Shown: positions 18,299 through 28,717 of the stretch, piece after piece
Numbering within the stretch: the stretch's first letter is position 1
Layout: each line of letters starts with the position of its first letter
Sequence record: SRR20825006_1157
Length of the DNA: 64,000 nt
Reading direction: 5' to 3' (one strand)
Notes under the pieces: model-generated
The model's database searches: none
Seen by the model: the letters and a program-made list of their open reading frames with translations, nothing else
Told to the model about the DNA's origin: nothing
Translations under genes and position numbers: made by a program

Positions 18299-19587
18299 TG
18301 GCCAAGGGATTGATCATCGCCGCGACCCAATCCGGCTCTGGCAAAACCTTGCTTACCACCGCGCTTTTGGGCGCACTGAAAGAGCAGGGCATGAAGGTCG
18401 CCTCGGCCAAAACCGGACCGGACTATATTGATGGGCAGGTGCATGGCCTCGCCACTGGCCAAGGCGCCATTAATCTCGACCCGTGGGCGATGAGCCAATC
18501 GCGCCAACGCAGCCTGTTGAGTCAGCAAGCCAGTGGCCATGATCTGGTGCTGGTCGAAGGGGTGATGGGCCTGTTTGATGGGTCCGCCAGCGGTAAAGGC
18601 TCCACTGCCGATTTGGCGAAAAATCTGCAATTGCCTGTAGTGCTGGTGGTGGATTGCGGCTCGATGACCCAATCAATCGCCGCGCTTGTTTATGGCTTTC
18701 AAAATCTGCGCACGGACATTGATGTGGCGGGAGTGATCCTCAACCGTGTCGCCAGCGACAAGCATGAGAAAATGCTCAAATCAGCGCTCGCCAAGCTGGA
18801 CATCGAAGTGCTGGGCGCCCTGCGCCGCAACGCAGAACTGGACATTCCTTCACGTCATCTGGGCTTAACACTGCCAGAAGACTTTGCCAAAAGCCGCACC
18901 GTGGCGGCGCTCGCCATCAGCGAAGTGAAAAAGCGGTTGGATTTGGATGGATTACTGCATTTGGCTAAACCCATCTTGGCCGCACAAGCCAACCCCAAAC
19001 TTGCCCCGCTGGGCCAAAATATCGCCATCGCCAAAGATGCAGCTTTCGCCTTTGTCTATCCTCATCTACTGGCCGATTGGCAAGCGCAGGGCGCGCAATT
19101 GCACTTTTTCTCGCCGCTCGCCGATGAAGCCCCCGCTGATGATGCAGACGCCGTTTTTCTGCCTGGCGGCTATCCGGAACTGCACGGCGCGCAATTGGCG
19201 AATGCCGGGAATTTTAGAAAGGGCATGCGTGGGGCCGCCGACCGCGATGCGATGATCTATGGCGAGTGCGGCGGCTATATGGTGTTGGGTGAAAGTCTGA
19301 CCGATAAATCGGGCAACAGTTTCGAGATGACGGGTCTTTTGCCGCTGCAAACCGCAATCAACCGTCCTCGTCGCCAATTGGGCTATCGCCGTTTGAGCCA
19401 TAAAAGCATTTTGCCTTGGCCCAGCGATTTGCTTGGCCATGAATTTCACTATTCAACCGAGCTGAAACGCGAAGGTGATGCACTGTTCCGCGCCAGCGAT
19501 GCGGAAGCCAATGCAGTGGGGCAAATGGGCTTGCACCGCAACCGCATTTTGGGCTCCTATGCCCACATTATCGATGTGCGGGAGTAG
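18298..19587 (+). CDS. cobB: Cobyrinate / hydrogenobyrinate a,c-diamide synthase
   Basis: SGSGKT, GPDYID, EGVMGLFDG, SRHLGL, GGYPELH, GECGGYM, HEFHYS. Confidence 0.95.
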   Translation: MAKGLIIAATQSGSGKTLLTTALLGALKEQGMKVASAKTGPDYIDGQVHGLATGQGAINLDPWAMSQSRQRSLLSQQASGHDLVLVEGVMGLFDGSASGKGSTADLAKNLQLPVVLVVDCGSMTQSIAALVYGFQNLRTDIDVAGVILNRVASDKHEKMLKSALAKLDIEVLGALRRNAELDIPSRHLGLTLPEDFAKSRTVAALAISEVKKRLDLDGLLHLAKPILAAQANPKLAPLGQNIAIAKDAAFAFVYPHLLADWQAQGAQLHFFSPLADEAPADDADAVFLPGGYPELHGAQLANAGNFRKGMRGAADRDAMIYGECGGYMVLGESLTDKSGNSFEMTGLLPLQTAINRPRRQLGYRRLSHKSILPWPSDLLGHEFHYSTELKREGDALFRASDAEANAVGQMGLHRNRILGSYAHIIDVRE

Positions 19588-19593
19588 CGGCGC

Positions 19594-21075
19594 GTGACGG
19601 CTAAAAGCATGATGTTTATGGGCACCGGGTCCGACGTGGGCAAAAGCCTCGTGGTCGCTGGGCTGTGCCGCCTGTTGCACAATCGAGGCTTTTCCGTGGC
19701 GCCATTCAAGCCGCAAAATATGTCCAACAATGCTGCTGTGACCGCCGATGGTGGCGAGATTGGTCGCGCGCAAGCCCTACAAGCCCGCGCCGCCAAGATT
19801 GCCCCGACAACTGCCATGAATCCCGTGTTGCTCAAGCCAGAACATGAAACGGGCGCGCAAGTGGTGGTGCGCGGCCAGCGCGTTGCGTCCATGAGCGCGC
19901 GGGAATATTTCAAGCGCCGCATTGAATATCTGCCCGAAGCCATCAAAGCCTTTCAGGAATTGAGCGCAGCCTATGATTTTGTGCTGGTGGAAGGCGCAGG
20001 TAGCGCCTCCGAGGTGAATTTGCGTGATAGTGACATCGCCAATTTCGGTTTCGCCCAAGCGCTTAACTTGCCTGTCACACTGATCGGTGACATTCACCGC
20101 GGCGGCGTGATCGCGTCAATCGTTGGAACGTTCGCCGTGGCCCAGCCGGAAGATGCCGCCCTGATCAAGGCAAGCCTGATCAACAAATTCCACGGTGACC
20201 CATCGCTCTTTGACGAGGGCAAAGCCTTTATCGAATCGCACACCAAGCACCCCTGTTTTGGCCCGCTGCCATTCTATGCCGACGCGCAATTGCTGCCGCC
20301 CGAAGATGCGTTGGCATTGGATGGTACCGAGTTGGTCGAGCGTGATGGGTTGAAGATTGTCGTGCCACGCTTGCCACGCATTTCTAATTTCGATGATCTA
20401 GATCCGCTGCGGCAGGAAACCAATGTGAGTGTTGAGATCATACAGCCCGGCAATCCGCTGCCCCGCGACGCTGACCTGATTTTGCTGCCCGGCTCCAAAG
20501 CCACCATTGCCGACTTCGAAGCATTAAAAGCTCAAGGCTGGGATATCGATATTCTCGCCCATGCCCGCGCGGGCGGCGCCGTGTTAGGTCTGTGCGGTGG
20601 CTATCAAATGTTGGGCAAAAAAATTCACGACCCTGAGGGTGTGGAGGGCACACCGCGCTCAATCGATGGGCTTGGTCTGCTGGATATCGAAACCACCATG
20701 GCCAGCCAAAAGCAGTTGCGTGACGAAGAGGCTGTCCACCTGGCGACCCAGCAAACCATGCGCGGCTATCATATGCATATGGGGGAAACGCAGGGGGCAG
20801 ATCGGACGCGGCCTTTCAGCCAAATCGGTGAAGAAACAGACGGGGCCATGTCCGCCAGCGGCAAGATCATGGGTACTTACTTGCACGGCCTATTTGCCAG
20901 CGACCAGTTCCGCCGCGCCTTTTTGCAAAATTTAGGGGCCGTGCTGCAAACAGACCTTGAATATGAAGCCCGCATTGACCAGATTTTAGACGGATTTGCC
21001 GATCATATTGAGCGCCACATTGATGGCGACAAACTGATCAGCCTGTTCGCCACCCCGCGTGATCTGACTTTTTAG
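19594..21075 (+). CDS. cobQ: Cobyric acid synthase
   Basis: GTGSDVGKS, PFKPQNMSNN, EGAGS, ISNFDDLDPL, GLCGGYQMLG, GTYLHG. Confidence 0.95.
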   Translation: MTAKSMMFMGTGSDVGKSLVVAGLCRLLHNRGFSVAPFKPQNMSNNAAVTADGGEIGRAQALQARAAKIAPTTAMNPVLLKPEHETGAQVVVRGQRVASMSAREYFKRRIEYLPEAIKAFQELSAAYDFVLVEGAGSASEVNLRDSDIANFGFAQALNLPVTLIGDIHRGGVIASIVGTFAVAQPEDAALIKASLINKFHGDPSLFDEGKAFIESHTKHPCFGPLPFYADAQLLPPEDALALDGTELVERDGLKIVVPRLPRISNFDDLDPLRQETNVSVEIIQPGNPLPRDADLILLPGSKATIADFEALKAQGWDIDILAHARAGGAVLGLCGGYQMLGKKIHDPEGVEGTPRSIDGLGLLDIETTMASQKQLRDEEAVHLATQQTMRGYHMHMGETQGADRTRPFSQIGEETDGAMSASGKIMGTYLHGLFASDQFRRAFLQNLGAVLQTDLEYEARIDQILDGFADHIERHIDGDKLISLFATPRDLTF

Positions 21076-21085
21076 GAAATAGACC

Positions 21086-22042
21086 ATGAGCTTTGCCATC
21101 GCCTTTCTCGCCATGCTGTTGGAACGAGTGGTGGGCTATCCCCGGCAAGTGCTAGACGCCATCGGACATCCGGTCATGTGGATGGGCAAACTCATCACCA
21201 TTTTGGAAGAACGCGGCAATCACTCCGATTTGCCAGATCATCGGCGGCGGCAGAATGGATATGCCATGATCGGTTTGGCATTGGCGGCAACATTGCTGAT
21301 TAGCCTGATCATCATGTCCATCACCCGCAGCGCGCCCTTTGGCTGGGTGTTCGAAATCATTTTCGCAAGCACCTTGATCGCGCAAAAGGAATTGGGCCGC
21401 GCCGTGAAAGCGGTGGGTGAGGGGCTGCGTAGTTCACTAGATGAAGGTCGCGAGGCTGTGTCCCACATTGTGGGGCGCGACCCAGAACATTTAGATGAAG
21501 ATGGGGTGGCTCGTGGCGCCGTGGAATCGCTTGCGGAAAACGCCTCCGATGGCATCGTCGCCCCCATCTTTTATCTCATGCTGTTCGGCTTGCCCGGCAT
21601 CGCGCTTTACAAAATGATCAACACGGCTGACTCGATGGTGGGTCACAAAAATGAACGCTTTAAAGATTTCGGTTATGCCAGTGCCAAGCTGGATGATTGG
21701 GCAAATTATGTGCCTGCGCGGATTACCGCTGTGTTCTTCACCATCGCGGCCAAGTTCAAAGCTGGCTTTGATGCCAAAGCGGCATGGCGGTCAGCACAAC
21801 GCGATGCGAAATGGCATAAATCACCCAATGCAGGCTGGCCAGAAGCGGCCATGGCAGGCGCCATCGGCGTAAAGCTTGGCGGCCCGCGCGATTATGATGG
21901 GAAAACGGTGGAACTGGCCTATATGGGCGAGGGCAAAGAGCAGGTGGATCCGGATGATATTGACCGTGCCCTGTCACTCTATTGGTTTGCCCTCACATTG
22001 ATGCTCGGCACATTGTTGGTGCTGGCGGCGTTTTTCAACTAG
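21086..22042 (+). CDS. cbiB: Adenosylcobinamide-phosphate synthase (CbiB/CobD)
   Basis: HPVMWMG, IVGRD, ESLAENASDG, YKMINTADSMVG, SPNAGWPEAAMAGA. Confidence 0.95.
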   Translation: MSFAIAFLAMLLERVVGYPRQVLDAIGHPVMWMGKLITILEERGNHSDLPDHRRRQNGYAMIGLALAATLLISLIIMSITRSAPFGWVFEIIFASTLIAQKELGRAVKAVGEGLRSSLDEGREAVSHIVGRDPEHLDEDGVARGAVESLAENASDGIVAPIFYLMLFGLPGIALYKMINTADSMVGHKNERFKDFGYASAKLDDWANYVPARITAVFFTIAAKFKAGFDAKAAWRSAQRDAKWHKSPNAGWPEAAMAGAIGVKLGGPRDYDGKTVELAYMGEGKEQVDPDDIDRALSLYWFALTLMLGTLLVLAAFFN

Positions 22043-22043
22043 T

Positions 22044-22433
22044 TCAACGCGCCAACTTTTTGGGAAACAGATAAAGCAATGTGATGGCTGTTGGAAACAT
22101 AAAGCCACGCAGATAGGAAAAGACCGACCGCCCTTCAGTGAAGGCGGCATCGTAGAAGCCGAAATGCGCGCCATATTGTGTCAGGACAAGAGCTATTATG
22201 CTCACCCACATGCTGACCAAACCAAACTTTTTGCCGAGGATGACCAGCAGCAAACTGATGATGATCGCTACTGAAAGCAGCGACTGAATATTGGCATAAA
22301 TATCAGCGCTGATTAGATCTCCGCTCTGAAATGCATCCCAAAGTCCGGCGACATGCAGCAGGATCAAAAATCCACTTAGGAGTGTGACCAAAATCTTCCG
22401 ACTGTTGGCAAATCGTCCGTCCATGTCGCGCAT
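22044..22433 (-). CDS. Hypothetical small integral membrane protein
   Basis: 129 aa with about four hydrophobic segments. Fills the gap and converges on cbiB. Confidence 0.65.
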   Translation of the reverse strand: MRDMDGRFANSRKILVTLLSGFLILLHVAGLWDAFQSGDLISADIYANIQSLLSVAIIISLLLVILGKKFGLVSMWVSIIALVLTQYGAHFGFYDAAFTEGRSVFSYLRGFMFPTAITLLYLFPKKLAR

Positions 22434-22573
22434 CCTCTTTCCCTCGCGGCGTCAACAAGTCTGTTGCATTTGGCGCGCTTGGTCGGAAATTCAATGCATA
22501 CAGCAAACAAAAGGGCGCAGCCAATCTGGTGCGCCCCCAAAATATATTTATTCTGCAAAGAAGCTGGACGTGG

Positions 22574-23098
22574 CTACGCCAAATCGCCCTTAAGGTTTTG
22601 CGCGATACCTGAAGTGACAAACACCACATTTTGACAAATGCGGGCCAGCTCCTGATGGGCGATGCCGGCATGGTCCACAAATTCGCGGGCCATCTTATTG
22701 TCCGGGATAACGCCTTGGCCGACTTCATTTGAAACCAGAACCACCATCAAATCGTCATTGGTGCTCAGCCAGTGGGCGAGGGCTTCAACGCTTTCATCCA
22801 CATCATAGTCTGCCATCATCAAATTGGTGATCCACAGCGTTAGGCAATCCACCAGCACGCGATCATATTTGCCCCGAGCGCGCTCAAGGGCGGAGATGAG
22901 GTTAATAGGCTGTTCAACTGTGTCGAAATGGTCGCCCCGCGCTTGTTGGTGGGCAGAAATGCGCAACTTCATTTCTTCGTCATAGGCGCGGCCAGTAGCC
23001 ACATAAAGGGGCTTCTTGTTGCCGCGAAGAGCAACGCCTTCGGCAAATCCAGTTTTGCCTGATTTCGCGCCGCCAAGAATAAGGGAGTGATTGATCAT
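22574..23098 (-). CDS. cobU: Bifunctional adenosylcobinamide kinase / cobinamide-phosphate guanylyltransferase (CobU/CobP)
   Basis: LGGAKSGKT, YVATG, RISAHQQAR, VDCLTLW, VSNEVGQG. ATG 23098 lies 1 nt after the DUF1636 stop. Confidence 0.93.
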   Translation of the reverse strand: MINHSLILGGAKSGKTGFAEGVALRGNKKPLYVATGRAYDEEMKLRISAHQQARGDHFDTVEQPINLISALERARGKYDRVLVDCLTLWITNLMMADYDVDESVEALAHWLSTNDDLMVVLVSNEVGQGVIPDNKMAREFVDHAGIAHQELARICQNVVFVTSGIAQNLKGDLA

Positions 23099-23099
23099 T

Positions 23100-23480
23100 T
23101 TATTTTTCTTTCTTAATCGCAGGAAGGCGCGCAATAAAATGCCCTTTCATGGCATCCGGCCATTCTGCAAATGGCACTTCGCCATTTGATGTGCGTTGAT
23201 GCGCTGCCGCCCAATCTATAATGGCCGATGCTGTGGGTTGGTCGGGAGTGAACCCACCAGCATGATAGCCCGTCCTATTTTCATCCTGTAATTGAATGGC
23301 ACAAGATTGCTTGCAGCTCCAAAGGCAGGCATGGCGCACAATTGTGAGTTCCATTTGCCGTTTGTCGCGTTCTGCTTCCACCATATTGGCCAGCAATTCC
23401 CCTCCGGTTTCGCCCTTTTCATTAAAGGCGCTCACCGAGCTGAATTTGCAGGTCGAACATATGATTAGAGTTTGTGCCAA
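23100..23480 (-). CDS. DUF1636-family Cys-rich putative metal-binding protein
   Basis: ICSTC, CLWSCKQSC, GEVPFAEWP..MKGHFIARLP. TTG start; cob context. Confidence 0.85.
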   Translation of the reverse strand: MAQTLIICSTCKFSSVSAFNEKGETGGELLANMVEAERDKRQMELTIVRHACLWSCKQSCAIQLQDENRTGYHAGGFTPDQPTASAIIDWAAAHQRTSNGEVPFAEWPDAMKGHFIARLPAIKKEK

Positions 23481-23659
23481 TTCATCACCATTTCAAACGA
23501 ACGCCTTGCTTAAATCAAGCCCGTTCCCTTGCCAATGGCCCACAAATGCATTTTTGCCAAAAAACGGGCGAATTTGCGCGGATTAATACTTTCGTATAAG
23601 AGCAATTGTGTTTATGGTCCGGCCAAATTTCAATGTTTTGAGCAAAAAGGATAGGCTGC

Positions 23660-24526
23660 GTGCAAAATCTGTTTCTCGGAATCGATGGCGGCGGCACCAA
23701 TTGCAGAGCACGTTTGACCGATGCGGATTTGAATGTGTTGGCGCAGGTGCGCGGCGGCCCGGCAAACACCACAATTGGCGATGGCTCGCAAGCCTATAAT
23801 TCGATCATTGAAGTGAGCCACAAAGCGTTCGAAGAAGCAGGCTTGGGCAAAGCAGATATGGCCCGCACCATTGCGTGCTTGGGCTTAGCTGGCGCCCATT
23901 TGGAAAGCTCTAGACGCGATTTCGCCGCGCGCGATTATCCCTTTGCCAAAACCTTGGTGCATAATGATGTGGAAACCGCTCGTGAGGGCGCGCATCTTGG
24001 AGAAGATGGCGCGGTGTTGATTGTGGGCACAGGCTCCGCTGGCCTTGCCAAAGTTAATGGCGAATATTTCCCTGTTGGCGGGTGGGGCTACCATATCTCA
24101 GACACTGCGTCCGGCGCGATTTTGGGTCGGTCATTGGCACGGCGGTCAATTGAAGTGTTGGATGGATTGAGCGAAGGCTCCAAGCTGACCAGCGCCGTGA
24201 TTGAGCATTTGGGCGGAAGCCAAAACAGCCTGATGGCGTGGTCGTTCAAAGCATGGCCAAAAGATTTTGCCAGCCTTGCGCCATTTGTGGTCGAATATTT
24301 TGAAAAAAATGACCCCATTGCACTTGAGTTGATGCAGTTTGAATTTGATCAGATTGAGCAATTTATCAACTGGTTCAAAGCCCGTGGGGCGCAAAAACTG
24401 GCCATTGTTGGCGGTTTGGGCGAACGCTTGATTCCCATTCTGGCGGAGCGGTTTGGCGATTATGTACAAGCCGCAAAGTCTGACGCCCAAAATGGGGCAT
24501 TATTAATGGCAAAAAAGGCGGCATAG
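23660..24526 (+). CDS. BadF/BadG/BcrA/BcrD-family sugar kinase (N-acetylglucosamine kinase-like)
   Basis: LGIDGGGT, GPAN, GLAGA, VHND, IVGTGS, GGWGY..SD..SG. Confidence 0.88.
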   Translation: MQNLFLGIDGGGTNCRARLTDADLNVLAQVRGGPANTTIGDGSQAYNSIIEVSHKAFEEAGLGKADMARTIACLGLAGAHLESSRRDFAARDYPFAKTLVHNDVETAREGAHLGEDGAVLIVGTGSAGLAKVNGEYFPVGGWGYHISDTASGAILGRSLARRSIEVLDGLSEGSKLTSAVIEHLGGSQNSLMAWSFKAWPKDFASLAPFVVEYFEKNDPIALELMQFEFDQIEQFINWFKARGAQKLAIVGGLGERLIPILAERFGDYVQAAKSDAQNGALLMAKKAA

Positions 24527-24576
24527 GCCCGCACTTGTCAGAGCACCAAATGGTGTGAAACACGAAAGGAAACTCT

Positions 24577-26070
24577 ATGTCCGCCCGTATTATTCCGGTC
24601 GATCCTTTTGACTATGTGGTGTTTGGCGCCACTGGCGATCTTTCTCAGCGCAAGCTGATCCCTGCGCTTTATTACCGCTTTTATGACGGACAGTTCGACA
24701 CCAATTCGCGCATCATTGGTGTGTCGCGAACGGAGATGAGCGACGAAGAGTTTCAAAGATTCGCCCGCGATGCGGTGACCGAATTTGTCGATGCGGACCA
24801 TATCGAACCACAAATGCTGGATGATTTCATCGGTTGCTTCTCCTACATCGCCAACGATGTGACAGACCGTGAAGGCTGGGCCGAACTCAGCGATTCCTTG
24901 CGCAACGATCCTGAAGTGGTTCGCGCTTTCTATCTCGCCGTTGCCCCATTCCTGTTTGCACCCATTTGCGATTATCTGTCGAGCCAGAATTATTGGACAC
25001 CAGATGCCCGCGTGGTGCTGGAAAAACCATTGGGCCGCGATCTTCAGTCTTCCATCGAAATTAACGACACTGTGGCAGAAGTGTTCCGCGAAGATCAGGT
25101 TTACCGGATCGACCATTATTTGGGCAAAGAGACCGTGCAAAACCTATTGGCTTTGCGCTTTGCCAATGCCTTGTTTGAGCCAATTTGGAACTCAGCCCAT
25201 ATTGATCATATTCAAATCACCGCCGCAGAATCTGTGGGCGCGGGTGGTCGTTCCTATTATGAAAAGTCGGGTGCCTTGCGCGATATGGTGCAAAACCATT
25301 TGCTTCAGCTTTTGTGCTTGGTGGCCATGGAGCCGCCTGCCTCCGATGAAGCCAATGCGTTGCGCGACGAAAAACTGAAAGTTTTGCGCGCCCTAAAACG
25401 CATTGAGGGCGACGATGTGCACAAGAACACCGTGCGCGGCCAATATCGCGGCGTGAGCTCTGAAGACACAAAAGTGCCGGGCTATTTGGAAGAATTGGGC
25501 GAAGGCGCAACCTCCAACACAGAAACCTTTGTGGCCATCAAAGCAGAAGTGGAAAATTGGCGCTGGAATGGCGTGCCGTTCTATATGCGCACGGGCAAGC
25601 GCATGGCGCGCCGGGCATCAGAAATTGTCATCCAGTTCCGCGAAATTCCACACTCCATCTTTTCCCGCACCCAGGGTGCGCCAACGCCAAACCAGTTGGT
25701 GATCCGTTTGCAGCCTGATGAAGGCGTGAAGCTGTTCTTGATGATCAAGGATCCCGGCCCCGGTGGCATGCGTTTGCGCCAAGTGCCATTGAACCTTAGC
25801 TTTGCTGACACGTTTACCCAGCGGACCCCAGAAGCTTATGAGCGGTTGCTCATGGATGTGGTGCGCGGCAATCAAACTCTGTTTATGCGTCGTGATGAAT
25901 TGGAAGCCGCATGGGCTTGGATCGATCCGATCCGCGAAGCGTGGGACAATGATGCAACGCCTTTGCATGGCTACACCGCAGGCACTTGGGGGCCAACCAG
26001 CTCTGTTGCGCTGATCGAGCGCGATGGCCGCACATGGCATGAAGAGTTGGACGACCCAAAAGCATTATAG
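24577..26070 (+). CDS. zwf: Glucose-6-phosphate 1-dehydrogenase
   Basis: GATGDL, EKPLG, RIDHYLGKE, DMVQNH, RWNGVPFYMRTGKR. Confidence 0.97.
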   Translation: MSARIIPVDPFDYVVFGATGDLSQRKLIPALYYRFYDGQFDTNSRIIGVSRTEMSDEEFQRFARDAVTEFVDADHIEPQMLDDFIGCFSYIANDVTDREGWAELSDSLRNDPEVVRAFYLAVAPFLFAPICDYLSSQNYWTPDARVVLEKPLGRDLQSSIEINDTVAEVFREDQVYRIDHYLGKETVQNLLALRFANALFEPIWNSAHIDHIQITAAESVGAGGRSYYEKSGALRDMVQNHLLQLLCLVAMEPPASDEANALRDEKLKVLRALKRIEGDDVHKNTVRGQYRGVSSEDTKVPGYLEELGEGATSNTETFVAIKAEVENWRWNGVPFYMRTGKRMARRASEIVIQFREIPHSIFSRTQGAPTPNQLVIRLQPDEGVKLFLMIKDPGPGGMRLRQVPLNLSFADTFTQRTPEAYERLLMDVVRGNQTLFMRRDELEAAWAWIDPIREAWDNDATPLHGYTAGTWGPTSSVALIERDGRTWHEELDDPKAL

Positions 26071-26078
26071 GTGACAGA

Positions 26079-26780
26079 ATGGCAGATTTAATCGACCATA
26101 ATTTTGACAGCAAAGACCAACTGGCGCGCGCTTTGGCCTTTCGCGTGGCCACAGAGTTAAAGCGCGATATTGAAGCCAGCGGCAAAGCCAGCATGCTGGT
26201 TTCTGGCGGCTCAACGCCAAAAGCGTTTTTTGCTGCGTTGAGCGAAGAAGAATTGGATTGGACCCGGGTGACCATTTCTTTGGTCGATGAGCGCTGGGTG
26301 CCGCCAAGTTCTGATCGTTCAAACGCGAAACTGGTGGGCGAATATCTGCTGCAAAACAAAGCCAATGGCGCGGCCTTTATGCCGCTTTATGTGGATGGCC
26401 AATCTGCGCAAGAAGGCGCAAAATCTTTGGGTGAGCAGTTTGCTGCCATGCATAAGCCTTACACGGTTGTGATTTTGGGCATGGGCACAGATGGGCACAC
26501 AGCATCCTTCTTTCCAGAAGGTGACCAGCTGGCCGAAGCCATTGATTTGAAAAATCAAAACACATTCACGGCAATTGAAGCTCCCGGCGCAGGCGAGCCG
26601 CGCATCACCTTCACATTGCCGCAATTGTTGCAGTCTAGCTTTTTGGCACTGCATATTGAAGGCGATGAGAAACAGGACGTGTTGAAAACTGCGATGGGTG
26701 AGGGCGATGTCGCCGAAATGCCCATCCGCGCCGTACTGCGCCAAACATTGAAAGAACTGAACATCTTCTGGTGTCCCTAA
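26079..26780 (+). CDS. pgl: 6-phosphogluconolactonase
   Basis: SGGSTP, DERWVP, LGMGTDGHTASFFP, RITFT. Confidence 0.95.
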   Translation: MADLIDHNFDSKDQLARALAFRVATELKRDIEASGKASMLVSGGSTPKAFFAALSEEELDWTRVTISLVDERWVPPSSDRSNAKLVGEYLLQNKANGAAFMPLYVDGQSAQEGAKSLGEQFAAMHKPYTVVILGMGTDGHTASFFPEGDQLAEAIDLKNQNTFTAIEAPGAGEPRITFTLPQLLQSSFLALHIEGDEKQDVLKTAMGEGDVAEMPIRAVLRQTLKELNIFWCP

Positions 26781-26828
26781 TATCCTTTGCCCACAGGTCG
26801 CACGGATAAATCCAAAGGAGAAGAACCC

Positions 26829-28655
26829 ATGAGCGTCAATCAAACGATCCGCGAAGTTACTGAGCGTATCACCAAACGCAGCGAGAGAACCCGACGGATT
26901 TATCTGGACCGTATGGATGCGGCAGCTAAGCAAGGCGTGCACCGTACGGCCTTGTCTTGCGGTAACTTGGCGCATGGCTTTGCCGCTTGTGGTGTTGGCG
27001 ACAAAGCAAAGCTAAGCGATGATGTAACGCCCAATATCGGCATCATCACTGCCTATAACGACATGCTGTCCGCTCACGCACCGTATAAGGATTACCCCGA
27101 TCAGATCAAAGCAGCCGCAGAAGAAGCGGGCGCCGTGGCCCAAGTCGCCAGCGGCGTGCCTGCCATGTGTGACGGGGTGACCCAAGGCCAAGCCGGCATG
27201 GATTTGTCGCTGTTCTCGCGCGATGTAATTGCGCTGGCCGCAGGCGTTGGCCTCAGTCACAATATGTTTGATGCAGCCATGTTCTTGGGAATTTGCGACA
27301 AAATCGTCCCCGGCTTGGTGATCGCTGCGCTGACATTTGGGCATATTCCAGCGGTGTTTGTGCCAGCTGGCCCCATGCCGTCTGGCTTGCCAAATGACGA
27401 AAAAGCGCGCATCCGCCAACTCTATGCCGAAGGCAAGGTGGGGCGCGATGAGCTGCTGAAAGCTGAGAGCGAGAGTTATCACTCGCCGGGCACATGCACA
27501 TTCTATGGCACTGCAAACACCAACCAGATGTTGATGGAGATTATGGGGCTGCAATTGCCAGGTTCAAGCTTCGTCAATCCGGGCACACCAATGCGGGATG
27601 CGCTGACCAAGGAAGCGACCCGCCGTGCTTTGGCGATCACGGCGTTGGGCAATGAATTTACCCCTGCCAGCCGCGTGGTGGACGAAAAAGCCATCGTGAA
27701 TGGCATGATCGGCCTGCACGCCACAGGTGGCTCCACAAACCACACCATCCATTTGATCGCCATGGCGGCTGCCGCGGGCATTCAAATCACATGGCAAGAC
27801 ATGTCTGACCTGTCAGACGTGGTTCCATTGCTGACCCGCGTTTATCCAAATGGCATGGCTGATGTGAACCATTTCCACGCCGCAGGAGGCATGGGCTTTT
27901 TGATCGATCAGTTGCTGAACAGTGGTTTGGCCCATGATGATGTGAAAACAATTTGGGGCTCAGGTCTGCATGTTTATGCGCAAGAGCCAAAATTGATTGA
28001 CGACCGCATCAAAATGGAACCCGCCGCCAAAGAATCCGGCAATGAAAATGTGCTGACCCCATGCAACAAGCCTTTTGCCAAAAATGGTGGGTTGAAATTG
28101 CTCAAAGGCAATCTGGGACAGTCGGTGATCAAAATTTCAGCGGTGAAGCCGGAACATCGTGTGGTGGAAGCGCCAGCAAAAGTGTTCCACTCGCAAGATG
28201 AGTTGAACGATGCCTTTAAAGCGGGCGAGTTGAATGAAGATGTGATTGCCGTGGTACGGTTCTCAGGACCAAAAGCCATCGGCATGCCAGAGCTTCATAA
28301 GCTGACCCCACCATTGTCCGTGCTTCAAAATCGCGGCATCAAGGTTGCGTTGGTCACAGATGGCCGCATGTCAGGTGCTTCTGGCAAGGTGCCAGCTGCA
28401 ATTCATATGACCCCTGAGGCTGTGGATGGCGGGCCGATCGCCAAGATCAAAGATGGCGACGTGATCCGTCTTGACGCAGAAGCAGGCGTGTTGGAAATCT
28501 TGGTGGATCAAGATGAATTTGATGCCCGCCCCGTTGCAACACAAGATTTGAGTGCATCGCACCACGGCTTGGGCCGAGAACTTTTCGCAGGTATGCGGCA
28601 GCTTGTCGGTGCTGCCGATCAAGGCGCAAGCGCACTTGGCGAATTAATCAAATAA
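26829..28655 (+). CDS. edd: Phosphogluconate dehydratase
   Basis: [48 protein letters not shown] 26829 follows AAGGAG. Confidence 0.96.
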   Translation: MSVNQTIREVTERITKRSERTRRIYLDRMDAAAKQGVHRTALSCGNLAHGFAACGVGDKAKLSDDVTPNIGIITAYNDMLSAHAPYKDYPDQIKAAAEEAGAVAQVASGVPAMCDGVTQGQAGMDLSLFSRDVIALAAGVGLSHNMFDAAMFLGICDKIVPGLVIAALTFGHIPAVFVPAGPMPSGLPNDEKARIRQLYAEGKVGRDELLKAESESYHSPGTCTFYGTANTNQMLMEIMGLQLPGSSFVNPGTPMRDALTKEATRRALAITALGNEFTPASRVVDEKAIVNGMIGLHATGGSTNHTIHLIAMAAAAGIQITWQDMSDLSDVVPLLTRVYPNGMADVNHFHAAGGMGFLIDQLLNSGLAHDDVKTIWGSGLHVYAQEPKLIDDRIKMEPAAKESGNENVLTPCNKPFAKNGGLKLLKGNLGQSVIKISAVKPEHRVVEAPAKVFHSQDELNDAFKAGELNEDVIAVVRFSGPKAIGMPELHKLTPPLSVLQNRGIKVALVTDGRMSGASGKVPAAIHMTPEAVDGGPIAKIKDGDVIRLDAEAGVLEILVDQDEFDARPVATQDLSASHHGLGRELFAGMRQLVGAADQGASALGELIK

Positions 28656-28681
28656 GACTTGAATTTTTTAAAATAAAAACT

Positions 28682-28716
28682 AAATACTCTCTCATTGAAA
28701 GATGAGAGGGTATTTT
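28682..28716 (+). terminator. Hairpin after edd (possible terminator) overlapping the next RBS
   Basis: AAATACTCTCTCAT-TGAAAG-ATGAGAGGGTATTT(T). Confidence 0.5.
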
Positions 28717-28717
28717 C

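Noticed and set aside
23481-23659. Possible cobalamin riboswitch upstream of DUF1636-cobU (minus-strand AAGGGAACGG)
   Set aside because: No GGTG..AA..CC stem, GCCCCCGCAACTGT or B12 box accompanies the short match.
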